A DNA stretch of 64,000 nucleotides from Candidatus Eiseniibacteriota bacterium (GTDB lineage Bacteria; Eisenbacteria; RBG-16-71-46; CAZAMP01): assembly GCA_965224245.1 (NCBI GenBank), contig OZ245046.1, forward strand, positions 5,824,001 through 5,888,000. Reading direction: 5' to 3'. Positions 40,191 to 49,827 of this stretch are shown here, one piece after another; within the stretch, counting starts at the first letter, position 1, and the number at the start of each line of letters is the position of its first letter. A program made the position numbers and the translations under genes. The notes below the pieces were generated by a model. The model was not told where the DNA came from. It made no database searches and saw only the letters and a program-made list of their open reading frames with translations.

Positions 40191-41902
40191 CGGTCTCCCG
40201 ACGCCCACGTCCGTCTCGCACGCTGGCGCGCGCGGTCGCGCTGGCGCTTCCGGTGCTGACCGCGTTCGTCGGATCGGCGCTCGCGCAGCCGACGCTGGAG
40301 CCCGCGCGTCCCCCGCGCTCGGTCGTCCGGCAGCCGGACTCGCGGCAGGACCGCATCAACGTCGCGCACCAGTACATGCGGCAGGGTCGCCTCGCCGAGG
40401 CCCTCCAGCTCTTCTCGAATCTGCACCGCGAGTTCCCTCGCGACGCCAACGTCGTCCGCGGTTATGGCACGTGTCTGCGTCAGTACGGCCGCTACGAGGA
40501 GGCGCTGACGCTGTACGCCGAATACGATCGCGTCCAGGCCCGCCCCACGTTCGTGCGCGAACGCGTGGGGCTCCTGACGCAGCTCGGGCGCGAGGCCGAG
40601 GCGCTCGAGGTGTGCCTGGCCGTGGTGCCCACCGCGCCCGGCTACATCAAGCAGTACATCAACGACGAGATCGTGGAGCTCTCGGAGAACCCCACGCTGG
40701 GTGAGCGGGCGTACGAGTCTCTGCGCGACCGATTTCGCGGCGACGATGCCGCCGCGGTCGGCGCCGCGCTCCTCGAGCTTTGCCTGGCCACGGGGCGATT
40801 CCAGGAGGCGGTGGAGGTGGTCGAGCGCCTGGATCCGATGATCGACGGCGACGGCATCGAGTTCTTCAACCTGGCGCGCCGGCTGGACCGCGAGGGAGAG
40901 ACGGCGCTGGCCCGCGAGCTCATCTCGCGGATCACCACCGACGTGGGCACGGCGTTCTGGCACGAGGCGGTGCTGTTCAAGGCGCGCCTCGACGAGTCCC
41001 TGGGCGATGCCGAGGCGGCCGTGAACGAGCTGACGCGTCTCCACGACCAGACCGGTCGGCCCGAGGATCGTTACCGGATCGACATGGAGCGCGCTCGCCT
41101 GCTCGGCGAGGTGCTCGATCGTCCCGGTGAGGCCGTGGCCGTCTACGACTCGCTCCTGGCCGACCGCGCGCTTCGACCCCGCCACGAGGAGGTGCGTCTG
41201 GCCCGCGCCGAGACGCAGATGCGCGCGGGCGAGCTGGCCGGCGCGCTGGAAGACTTCCGTGAGCTGTCCACGTCGAGCCGGCAGGCCGAGACGCGCGAGC
41301 GGGCCGAGTTCCTCGTGGGCGAGATCTACTTCCACGAAGGCAACATCGACTCGGCCGCCGCCGCCTACCTCCGGCAGGTCGAGGCGTTTCCTGCGGGTCC
41401 GCTCGCCAACGACGCGCTGGATCGGATCTTCCTGTTCAACGAGAACTACGAGGGAGAGGGCGAAACGCTGGCCGAGCTGGGGCACGTGTTCGCCCTGGAG
41501 CGCAACGGCTCGCTGGACGAGGCGATCGTCGCGGGCACGGAGCTCGAGGCGAAGGTGCGCGAGGCCACCATCCACGACGACGTGCTGTGGGCGCTGGGGA
41601 GCCTCTGGGCGGAGTCGGAGACTCCGATCGTCGCCACGACCTATCTCGAGCGACTCGCGGCCGCGCATCCCGAGAGCCGCCTCGTCCCTCGGGCGCTGAA
41701 GCGCCTCGGCGACATCCAGATGAGCGAGGCCGCGACCTGGATCCCCTGGCCGCCGGAGATGCCGGTGGCGGGGCTGTTCGTCCCCGACCGGCACCGGGCG
41801 CTGCAGACGTTCGAGCGCCTCCTGATCGACCATCCGCTGTCGATCGAGGCCGCCGAGGTCCGACAGCTCGTCAGCCAGCTGAGAAAGGAGCTGCCGTCAT
41901 GA
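40187..41902 (+). CDS. Secreted tetratricopeptide repeat protein
   Basis: ATGA overlap with upstream stop; signal peptide; TPR-like repeats, ANDAL motif. Confidence 0.8.
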   Translation: MTVSRRPRPSRTLARAVALALPVLTAFVGSALAQPTLEPARPPRSVVRQPDSRQDRINVAHQYMRQGRLAEALQLFSNLHREFPRDANVVRGYGTCLRQYGRYEEALTLYAEYDRVQARPTFVRERVGLLTQLGREAEALEVCLAVVPTAPGYIKQYINDEIVELSENPTLGERAYESLRDRFRGDDAAAVGAALLELCLATGRFQEAVEVVERLDPMIDGDGIEFFNLARRLDREGETALARELISRITTDVGTAFWHEAVLFKARLDESLGDAEAAVNELTRLHDQTGRPEDRYRIDMERARLLGEVLDRPGEAVAVYDSLLADRALRPRHEEVRLARAETQMRAGELAGALEDFRELSTSSRQAETRERAEFLVGEIYFHEGNIDSAAAAYLRQVEAFPAGPLANDALDRIFLFNENYEGEGETLAELGHVFALERNGSLDEAIVAGTELEAKVREATIHDDVLWALGSLWAESETPIVATTYLERLAAAHPESRLVPRALKRLGDIQMSEAATWIPWPPEMPVAGLFVPDRHRALQTFERLLIDHPLSIEAAEVRQLVSQLRKELPS

Positions 41903-43233
41903 CCGCCGCACGCCGTGCGCCCACCCGACGACTCGCGAGGCTCGCGCGGCATCTCGCCCGCCCGGGTCGAGCGCTCGCGGCGGGCCTCTGTGTCGCGTCG
42001 TTCGTGTCGCTGGCCCCGGCCGCGCGCGTGCAGGCGTCCCAGCTGGCGGTGTTCATGGATCTCCGGCAGACCGACCACCTGAAGGCGTACGGGCTGGCCT
42101 ACTGGGCGCTCACCCAGGGGCAGCAGGTCGAGTGGCTCCTCAACTATCGCGGGGGATCGTTCCTCCTGGACGACTCCGCCACGAACCGGCAGGAAGCCCG
42201 CATCCGGGGCGTCCTGGCCGAGTCGATCTCGGACGGCGACGTGGATGCGATCTACACGACGATCGAGAACGACAACATGGAGCGGATCCTCCTCGACAAG
42301 GCCCCGCGCATCGCCGTGTACATCCCGCCGACACACGAGCCGTGGGACGACGCGGTCACCCTGGCGCTCGAGTATGCCGACATCCCGTACGCGCCCGTCT
42401 GGGATCCCGACGTGCAGGCGGGTGTGCTGGATCAGTACGACTGGCTCCACCTCCATCACGAGGACTTCACCGGCCAGTACGGCAAGTTCTACATCCAGTT
42501 CCACAGCGCCGCGTGGTACGTGGACCGACAGCGCCGCTACGAGGCCGCCGCCAAGGAGGCCGGCTACGACACGGTGTGGCAGTACAAGCACGCCACCGCG
42601 GAGATCGTGCGCGAGTACGTCGCGCGCGGCGGGTTCCTGTTCGCGATGTGCTCGGCCACCGACACGTTCGAGATCGCGCTGGCCGCCGGCGACACCGACA
42701 TCGTGGCGCAGTACTACGACGGCGATCCCGCCGATCCCGACTCCCAGGCGAAGCTGGACTTCTCGCGCACGCTCCTGTTCGAGAACTTCCGCCTGGTGAT
42801 GAACCCGTTCCAGTACGAGTTCTCCGACATCGACGTGTCGGACTACGCGAGCGTGCGCGGTCCGGGCGCCGAGGGCTTCACGCTGTTCGAGTTCTCGGCC
42901 AAGGAGGACCCGGTGCCCACGATGCTCACCCAGTGCCACGTGAACGTCGTGAACGGGTTCCTGGGCCAGACCACCGGCTACAACCGGCGGGTGTTGAAGG
43001 ACAACGTGGTGCTCCTGGGCGAGGTCGAGGGCACCGAGGAGGTCAAGTACGTCCACTCGAACTTCGGAAAGGGGACCGTCACGTTCTACGGCGGGCACGA
43101 TCCGGAGGACTACCAGCATCGGGTGGGGGATCCGCCGACCGATCTGTCGCTGCACAAGACGAGCCCGGGCTACCGGCTGATCCTGAACAACGTGCTGTTC
43201 CCGGCCGCCGAGAAGAAGCCCCGCAAGACGTGA
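41899..43233 (+). CDS. Secreted conserved protein with class I glutamine amidotransferase-like features (often annotated 'asparagine synthetase B')
   Basis: HLKAYG, WLLNYRGGSF, WLHLHHEDFTGQYGKF, FAMCSAT, GHDPEDY, GYRLILNN. Confidence 0.75.
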   Translation: MTAARRAPTRRLARLARHLARPGRALAAGLCVASFVSLAPAARVQASQLAVFMDLRQTDHLKAYGLAYWALTQGQQVEWLLNYRGGSFLLDDSATNRQEARIRGVLAESISDGDVDAIYTTIENDNMERILLDKAPRIAVYIPPTHEPWDDAVTLALEYADIPYAPVWDPDVQAGVLDQYDWLHLHHEDFTGQYGKFYIQFHSAAWYVDRQRRYEAAAKEAGYDTVWQYKHATAEIVREYVARGGFLFAMCSATDTFEIALAAGDTDIVAQYYDGDPADPDSQAKLDFSRTLLFENFRLVMNPFQYEFSDIDVSDYASVRGPGAEGFTLFEFSAKEDPVPTMLTQCHVNVVNGFLGQTTGYNRRVLKDNVVLLGEVEGTEEVKYVHSNFGKGTVTFYGGHDPEDYQHRVGDPPTDLSLHKTSPGYRLILNNVLFPAAEKKPRKT

Positions 43234-43356
43234 GTGATCTCGACGTCCGACGCCGTCGGGGATAGGCCGGGATTCGTCGACCGACTCGCGGATCCGCGCT
43301 ACAATTCGTGCTGAACCCTCCCCAACGTGGAATCATGGCCTGGCCGGAGGATCAGC

Positions 43357-45474
43357 ATGCGCCACCTCCTCTTCGCGCTCGCGCTCGCCGTCGTTCCCGT
43401 CGTGGCCTCGGCCGACTGTGTCGCCCTCGGGGACTACATCCATGCGGTCGGCGAGACCGAAGACCGATACGTCGCCCAGCAGATCGCGGTCGGCGCGACG
43501 ATCGCGCTGCTCGTGTCGGAGTCGGACGGGGAGGTCATCGCGCTTCGGACCACGGCATCCGATCCCAACGGCTACATCGAGGCCGAAGAGCTCGGCTACC
43601 CGGCGAGCGCCGCGACGTTCCTCGCTGCGCAACCCTCGTCCGAGCTCTTCGCGATCGCGGACGACGACGTCCTGATGCTCTCCGTCATAGATCCAACGGC
43701 GCTTCTCGTGGTCGACGTGTTCTGGATCCCACACACCCACGGCAGGTTCGAGCGGCTCGCCGCCACGCCGGGGCTCATTCATGCCATTGATCGCACCGAC
43801 GGATACGCCGTCTTCTCGCACGGAGCCGAAATGGGCAGCCTCACGCTACCGGCACGCCCGGTAGGCCTGGCGGCGGAGGGGACGACGGCCTACGTCACGC
43901 TGGAGACCGACGAGCTGGTCGTCATCGATTCGTCGGCCCTGGAGATCGTGGGGACGCTGGCGCTGGCGCGACGACACGCCAGCGTGGCCGCGTCCGGCGG
44001 CATCGTGTATCTGAGCGACACGTACGACGACGAAGTGGACGTGGTCGACGCCGGCGATCCGACGGCTCCCGTGCTTCTCGGCAGCTGGACGACGCCCGGC
44101 GATGGTGGTGAAGTCGGAACGTACGAGGGCTTCGTGTTCCACGCCGGCAGGATCTACGAGGTAGCAGATCCGGTCGAACCGGTCGTGGTCGCAGGGTACG
44201 AGTCCCACAACGTGCTCGGCGTCGGCAGCGGCGGCGCGGTATCGTCGCTGTACGGCAGCTCCGCGACCTGGTCGGTTCCGGTCATCGACGTCGATCCGGT
44301 CGCGCCCGTTCCGACGATCACGTCGCTGCCGATCACGGCGTCGCCGTCGGACATCTCCGGCGACGGCGAACGGCTCGTGATCAGCTACGAGGACTCGGGG
44401 ATCGAGATCTACGACATCTCGGACCCGGACGCGCCGGCGCTCAGGAGCTCGCTGGCAATGGCGGGCGCCCTCGGCGTCGACGTCGCCGGTGAGCACGCCT
44501 ACGTCGCCGATGCGCTCGGGCTCAGGGTCGTCGACGTCTCCGATCTGGACGCTCCCACCATGGTGGCGACCGTCCCGTTCATCGATCCTCCGGCACGCAT
44601 CCGCGTGTTCGGGTCGGTCGCGATGGTAGGACCGCTGGCCGGCGAGTACACGCTGATCGACGTGTCGACGCCGAGCGCCCCGGTCGTGGGGGGTCACGTG
44701 TCGTCGTTCGGGCTGGGCGACGTCGAGGGCGATCATCTGTTCGTCTCGGCGGGGATCACGTGCGAGATCTACGACATCAGCTCGCTCGGCTCGCCGCTGC
44801 TCGTGGGGTCCTTCCCGTCGACCAGCGCCGCGTGGGGCTTCACGTCGGTCGAGGTCGTCGGCGACCACTGCTATGGACGCGAGGTGTTCGAGTCGTTCTT
44901 CGAGGGACTGCCGGCCCGCATGCGCGTGTACGACGTCAGCGATCCGACCGACCCGGTGTTCGTGACCCGGCGCGACGACATCGTCGGCGAGCTGACGCCT
45001 GACGCGTACCCGTACGTGTACGCCGGCGCGATCGCGTACGACTTCACGGATCCCACGGGACCGGTCGCGGTCGGCGGCGTCGGCTACGCGCACGAGTGGG
45101 TCGGACCCGAGCGGATCTACCGGGCGGTGTCGACGCTGAACGTGCATCCGAAGCAGTGCGGTGCGGTCGGTGTCGGGGAGTCCGTCGCCCCGGGGGCGAA
45201 CGTGTCGCTGGCCGCACGTCCCGATCCCATGCGATCGGGCACGACGTTCACGTTCGACGCAGGGGGATCCGGCCGTGCGGAGGTCTCGATCTTCGACGTC
45301 GCCGGACGGGTCGTGCGAACGCTCGAGTCGAGCGGTGGTCGCTCGGGACGGCGCTCGGTCGCGTGGGACGGTCGCGACGACCGGGGCGCGCCGGCCCCTC
45401 CGGGCGTGTACGTGGCGAGACTGGTCGTGGACGGCCGGGCGCGGGCCACCCGCAAGGTCACCATCGCCAGGTAA
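43357..45474 (+). CDS. Secreted LVIVD-repeat protein with C-terminal FlgD Ig-like domain
   Basis: Repeated YVA..GL.VVDVSD...P units; IFDVAGRVVRTL..WDGRDDRG..PGVY tail; GGAGG RBS. Confidence 0.85.
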   Translation: MRHLLFALALAVVPVVASADCVALGDYIHAVGETEDRYVAQQIAVGATIALLVSESDGEVIALRTTASDPNGYIEAEELGYPASAATFLAAQPSSELFAIADDDVLMLSVIDPTALLVVDVFWIPHTHGRFERLAATPGLIHAIDRTDGYAVFSHGAEMGSLTLPARPVGLAAEGTTAYVTLETDELVVIDSSALEIVGTLALARRHASVAASGGIVYLSDTYDDEVDVVDAGDPTAPVLLGSWTTPGDGGEVGTYEGFVFHAGRIYEVADPVEPVVVAGYESHNVLGVGSGGAVSSLYGSSATWSVPVIDVDPVAPVPTITSLPITASPSDISGDGERLVISYEDSGIEIYDISDPDAPALRSSLAMAGALGVDVAGEHAYVADALGLRVVDVSDLDAPTMVATVPFIDPPARIRVFGSVAMVGPLAGEYTLIDVSTPSAPVVGGHVSSFGLGDVEGDHLFVSAGITCEIYDISSLGSPLLVGSFPSTSAAWGFTSVEVVGDHCYGREVFESFFEGLPARMRVYDVSDPTDPVFVTRRDDIVGELTPDAYPYVYAGAIAYDFTDPTGPVAVGGVGYAHEWVGPERIYRAVSTLNVHPKQCGAVGVGESVAPGANVSLAARPDPMRSGTTFTFDAGGSGRAEVSIFDVAGRVVRTLESSGGRSGRRSVAWDGRDDRGAPAPPGVYVARLVVDGRARATRKVTIAR

Positions 45475-45536
45475 GTCGTTGGCGCGGCTCGCGGATGCGC
45501 CGACCCGGCTCCTCCAACTCGTTTTCTGCAAATGAC

Positions 45537-45565
45537 TTGACAGTCGCGGCGCCTCCGTCGACAAT
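45537..45565 (+). promoter_or_regulatory. Sigma-70 promoter for the Zn-finger/HAD/nnr operon
   Basis: TTGACA-17 nt-GACAAT. Confidence 0.6.
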
Positions 45566-45622
45566 CCCCGACGTGGGAACCCAGGGTCCTCGCGCGCCCT
45601 GGACGGGATGACGCCGGGGGGG

Positions 45623-45826
45623 ATGATGGAACAGCGCAACACTCAGTTTCCAAACTGCCAGAAGTGTGACAAGGGCGTGCTCGTCCCGCTCTCCGACTAT
45701 GGACGTGACGGGGCCCCCATTCAGTACAAGGCGTGGGTCTGCACGAACCCCGATTGCGGGTTCAATCTCCGGATCGACAATGGAGAGATCAGCGCCGGCC
45801 GCCCGGTGGGCGTCTCCTTCAAGTAG
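45623..45826 (+). CDS. Small zinc-ribbon-like protein (~67 aa)
   Basis: CQKC...CTNPDC; follows promoter and ends 6 bp before the HAD gene. Confidence 0.75.
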   Translation: MMEQRNTQFPNCQKCDKGVLVPLSDYGRDGAPIQYKAWVCTNPDCGFNLRIDNGEISAGRPVGVSFK

Positions 45827-45832
45827 TCGCGT

Positions 45833-46537
45833 ATGATCCGCGGCATCATCTTCGATCTCGACAACACGCTCACCGACTTCATGCGCATGAAGCGCGATGC
45901 GATCGCGGCGGGCGTCGAGGCCATGATCGACGCCGGGCTACCCCTGTCCGACGACGACGCGCAGGAGCGCATCTTCCGCATCTACGATCGCGAGGGCATC
46001 GAGTACCAGCAGGTCTTCGATGCGCTCCTTCGCGACGTGAGCGGCCGGGTCGACCAGCGCGTGCTGGCGGCCGGCATCGTCGGCTATCGCCGCGCACGAG
46101 ACTCCCGGCTCGTCCTCTACCCGCACGTCAAGCCGACGATACTGACCCTGATGCGCCGGGGCATCCAGCTCGCGCTCGTCTCCGACGCACCCGGCATCCA
46201 GGCGTGGCTCCGGCTGTGTCAGCTCGAGCTCCAGCACGCGTTCGATCCGGTGGTGACGTTCGACGACACCGGCGTCCACAAGCCCGATCCCAAGCCGTTT
46301 CGCATCGCGCTCGACCGCATGGGGCTCGGCGCCGACGACGTGCTGATGATCGGCGACTGGCCCGAGCGCGACATGGTCGGCGCCAAGAGGCTCGGCATCC
46401 GCACCGTGCACGCGCGCTACGGCGACACGTTCGGCACCGTCGACAGCGGCGCCGACTTCGCCGTCGATTCGGTCCGGGAGCTCCTGGCGATCGTGGACCG
46501 GCTGAACGCGAACGAACCCGAGGATCGGTCACGATGA
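45833..46537 (+). CDS. HAD-superfamily hydrolase (YjjG-like subfamily IA)
   Basis: FDLDNTL, HKPDP, MIGD..RD. Confidence 0.92.
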   Translation: MIRGIIFDLDNTLTDFMRMKRDAIAAGVEAMIDAGLPLSDDDAQERIFRIYDREGIEYQQVFDALLRDVSGRVDQRVLAAGIVGYRRARDSRLVLYPHVKPTILTLMRRGIQLALVSDAPGIQAWLRLCQLELQHAFDPVVTFDDTGVHKPDPKPFRIALDRMGLGADDVLMIGDWPERDMVGAKRLGIRTVHARYGDTFGTVDSGADFAVDSVRELLAIVDRLNANEPEDRSR

Positions 46538-48123
46538 AGCTCGCGACGCCGAGCCAGGTGCGTGAGGCCGATCGCCTGACGATCGAGCGGGGCCTGGTCC
46601 CCAGCCTGCAGCTGATGGAGAACGCCGGGCAGGCGGCGGCCCGCGTGGCCCGCCGGCTCCTCGACGACGTGGCGTCCTCGAAGACCGTCATCGTGTTCGC
46701 CGGGAAGGGCAACAACGGCGGCGATGCGTTCGTGGTCGCGCGCCTCCTCTGCGAGTGGGGCGCGCGCGTTCGCGTCTTTCTGACCTGCGATCCCGGAGGT
46801 GTTCGCGGCGATGCGCGGGTGAACCTGGATCGCTGGCTCGCGACCGGCAACGACGTCGTGACCCTGGCTCACGAGCGGGCGGCGGACGAGCTGGATCGCG
46901 TCACGGCCGGAGCCGACCTGCTGGTGGACGGGCTCTTCGGGACGGGCTTCCGCGGTGACGTGACCGGGGTCGAGGCGCGCGTCATCGCGTGCATCGACGA
47001 TTCGGGGGCGGACGTGCTGGCGCTGGACATCCCGTCCGGCGTCGATGGCACGACCGGCGCCGTCGGCAACCTCGCGGTCCGCGCCACGACCACCGTCACG
47101 TTCGCGCTGATCAAGACCGGTCTCGTGCTCGAGCCCGGCCGCTCGCACGCGGGCGACGTGGACGTCGTCGACATCGGAATCCCCGAGTCGGTGCTCGACG
47201 AGATCGGGATCGAGGCCGAGCTGACGGACGCAGCGTCGATGCGGGCGCTGTTGCCCCGGCGCACGCCCGACGCCCACAAGGGAGATGCCGGGCGAGTCCA
47301 CGTGGTCGGTGGATCCCGCGGCATGGCGGGAGCGGTGGTGCTGTCGGCCCGCGCCGCGCTCCGGTCAGGCGCCGGGCTCGTGACCGCCGTCGTGCCCGGG
47401 GGTCTTCACGACGTGCTCCAGACCAGCGTCACCGAGGCGATCGCGTTCCCGGTCGCCGAGACCGAGACCGGCGCCCACACACACCACTCGCTGTCGGCGA
47501 TTCGCGAGCGCCTCGCGGATGCGGACGTCGTCGCGATCGGGCCGGGGATGGGGCGACATCCCGAGTCCCTGGTGGCCGTGCGTCACCTCGTGCGCGAGCT
47601 CGAGATGCCGGTGATCCTGGACGCCGACGGGCTCTTCGCGTTCGCCGAGCGTCTGGAGACGCTGGCCGACGCGACCGGTCCCCGGGTGGTGACGCCGCAT
47701 CCCGGCGAGGCCGCGCGCCTCCTGGGCACGACCGTCGCCGAGGTGCGGGCCGACGTGTTCGCCGCCGCCCGGCGTCTCCAGGAGACGAGCGGCGCCACCG
47801 TGGTGCTGAAGGGCGGTCCCACGCTGGTGCAATCCCGCTCGGGGCGAACCACCGTCAACGCCACCGGCAACGCGGGCATGGCGACCGGCGGCAGCGGAGA
47901 CGTCCTCACCGGCGTCATCGCCGCGCTGATCGGTCAGGGCATGGATCCCGACGACGCGGCCCGGCTCGGCGTCCACGTGCACGGGCTGGCCGGGGACCTC
48001 GGCGCCGGACGGCTCACCGAGTGGGGCCTCGTGGCCGGCGATCTGGTGGATCTCCTCCCCGAGGCGTTCTACGTGCTCGACCGCGGGGAGAGCGATCCCG
48101 AGCCGGCCGGACGGTCGTCGTGA
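46534..48123 (+). CDS. nnr: Bifunctional NAD(P)HX epimerase/dehydratase
   Basis: LMENAG, GKGNNGGD, DIPSG, HKG..G, TPHPGE, ATGGSGDVLTG. Confidence 0.95.
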   Translation: MKLATPSQVREADRLTIERGLVPSLQLMENAGQAAARVARRLLDDVASSKTVIVFAGKGNNGGDAFVVARLLCEWGARVRVFLTCDPGGVRGDARVNLDRWLATGNDVVTLAHERAADELDRVTAGADLLVDGLFGTGFRGDVTGVEARVIACIDDSGADVLALDIPSGVDGTTGAVGNLAVRATTTVTFALIKTGLVLEPGRSHAGDVDVVDIGIPESVLDEIGIEAELTDAASMRALLPRRTPDAHKGDAGRVHVVGGSRGMAGAVVLSARAALRSGAGLVTAVVPGGLHDVLQTSVTEAIAFPVAETETGAHTHHSLSAIRERLADADVVAIGPGMGRHPESLVAVRHLVRELEMPVILDADGLFAFAERLETLADATGPRVVTPHPGEAARLLGTTVAEVRADVFAAARRLQETSGATVVLKGGPTLVQSRSGRTTVNATGNAGMATGGSGDVLTGVIAALIGQGMDPDDAARLGVHVHGLAGDLGAGRLTEWGLVAGDLVDLLPEAFYVLDRGESDPEPAGRSS

Positions 48124-49034
48124 CCGAGTCCGCGGCCCGCGCCGCGATGATCGAGGTGGGTCGCCGGATGTGGCTCAAGGGCTACGCCGCGGCCAACGAC
48201 GGCAACCTCTCGGTCCGGCTCGGTCCCGATCGCTTCATGGCCACCGCGACCGGCTCGATCAAGGGGTTCCTGACCGACGCCGATCTGGTCGTGATCGATC
48301 ACGGCGGACGCACGCTGGATCGGTCCGCGGGATCGGTCCCCGGCACCGCGGTCGCCGCGGCGAGTCCGCCCGGCGCGGGCACCGCGCGCGCGTCGTCGGA
48401 GATCCGGATGCACCTGGCCATCTACGAGGAGCGGCCGGACGTGCTGGCGATCGCACACGCGCACCCGCCGACGGCCACCGGCTTCGCGACCGCCGGCGTT
48501 TCTCTGGACGCGTGCGTGCTCCCGGAGATCGTGGCCACGCTGGGTGCGATCCCCACCGCTCCGTACGCGACGCCGTCGACCCGCGAGCTGGCCGATGCGG
48601 TGCGGCCGGTCGTTCGCGAGGGGCACGCCTGTCTCCTGGCCAACCACGGCGCGGTCGCGTACGACACCGATCTCTTTCGCGCCTACTATCATCTCGAGCG
48701 CCTCGAGCACTTCGCCTCCATCGTGCTCACCGCGCGGCTCCTGGGCGGCGTGAACGTGCTGGGCGCCGGTGACGTCGCGGCGCTGCACGCGGCCGTTGGC
48801 GGGTCGCCGGGGCCCGCCTGCGTGCCCGGCCCGGAGTCGCGGAGAGGCGACGGAACCGACGCGCCCGGGCCCGACACGCGCGAGAGCGCCGGAACGGACG
48901 CCGCCCCGACCCCCGCGCACTGCGCGTCCGACGCGCGCGACCCCGACGGGAGCGACCCGTCGCGGGGCTCCGATGCCGATCTCATCGAGGTGATCGCCCG
49001 CGAGGTGCGACGCCGACTCGAACGAGGACGTTGA
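48120..49034 (+). CDS. Class II aldolase/adducin family (fuculose-phosphate aldolase-like) with C-terminal extension
   Basis: ANDGNLS, SSE..MH, HAHPP, LANHG. Confidence 0.9.
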   Translation: MTESAARAAMIEVGRRMWLKGYAAANDGNLSVRLGPDRFMATATGSIKGFLTDADLVVIDHGGRTLDRSAGSVPGTAVAAASPPGAGTARASSEIRMHLAIYEERPDVLAIAHAHPPTATGFATAGVSLDACVLPEIVATLGAIPTAPYATPSTRELADAVRPVVREGHACLLANHGAVAYDTDLFRAYYHLERLEHFASIVLTARLLGGVNVLGAGDVAALHAAVGGSPGPACVPGPESRRGDGTDAPGPDTRESAGTDAAPTPAHCASDARDPDGSDPSRGSDADLIEVIAREVRRRLERGR

Positions 49035-49038
49035 CCCC

Positions 49039-49809
49039 ATGGATCTCGGACTGGACGGAAAGATCGCCTTCGTCGGTGGCGCGAGCCGGGGGCTGGGCAA
49101 GGCCATCGCCCTCTCGCTGGCCCGCGAGGGTGCCCACGTGGCCATCACGGCCCGGGGCACGGATGCGCTCGAGGCGGCGGCCCGGGAGATCCGCGGCGCG
49201 GGCGGCACCGCGCTCCCCATCGCCGTGGACCTGACCGACACCGCCGCCGCGGCGGCCGCGGTCGAACGAACCGTGACCGAGCTCGGGCCGATCGACGTGC
49301 TCGTGGTCAACGTGGGGGGCTCGATGGGCGAGCGCACGTCGGCCGCCTCCGACGAGGACTGGGACGCGGTGATGGGGCTGAACGTCCGTGTGGCGGTGCG
49401 GCTCTGCCGTCAGATCTCGCCGAGCATGGTCGAGCGACGGTCGGGGAGCATCCTGACGATCTCGTCCATCTACGGTCGCGAGTGGGGTGGTGCGGTGACC
49501 TACAACGCGGCCAAGGCGGCGCTGATCGCGTTCACGAAGTCGCTCTCGCGCGAGCTGATCCCGCACGGCGTACGCGTGAACTCGCTGGCGCCGGGCTCGG
49601 TCCTGTTCGAGGGCGGGTCGTGGGACCGCAAGCGAAAAGCCGATCCCGAGAAGATCCGCCGCTTCGTGGAGGACGAGCTCCCCCGGGGCACGTTCGGCGA
49701 GGCGCACGAGATCGGTGACGTGGCGGCGTTCCTGTGCTCCGAGCGCGCGTCGCTGATCGTGGGCGCGTGTCTCAACGTGGACGGCGGACAGTCGCGCGCG
49801 CTCTTCTGA
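49039..49809 (+). CDS. Short-chain dehydrogenase/reductase
   Basis: GASRGLG, YNAAK, VDGG. Confidence 0.93.
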   Translation: MDLGLDGKIAFVGGASRGLGKAIALSLAREGAHVAITARGTDALEAAAREIRGAGGTALPIAVDLTDTAAAAAAVERTVTELGPIDVLVVNVGGSMGERTSAASDEDWDAVMGLNVRVAVRLCRQISPSMVERRSGSILTISSIYGREWGGAVTYNAAKAALIAFTKSLSRELIPHGVRVNSLAPGSVLFEGGSWDRKRKADPEKIRRFVEDELPRGTFGEAHEIGDVAAFLCSERASLIVGACLNVDGGQSRALF

Positions 49810-49827
49810 TCGGCACCGCGGACCTGC

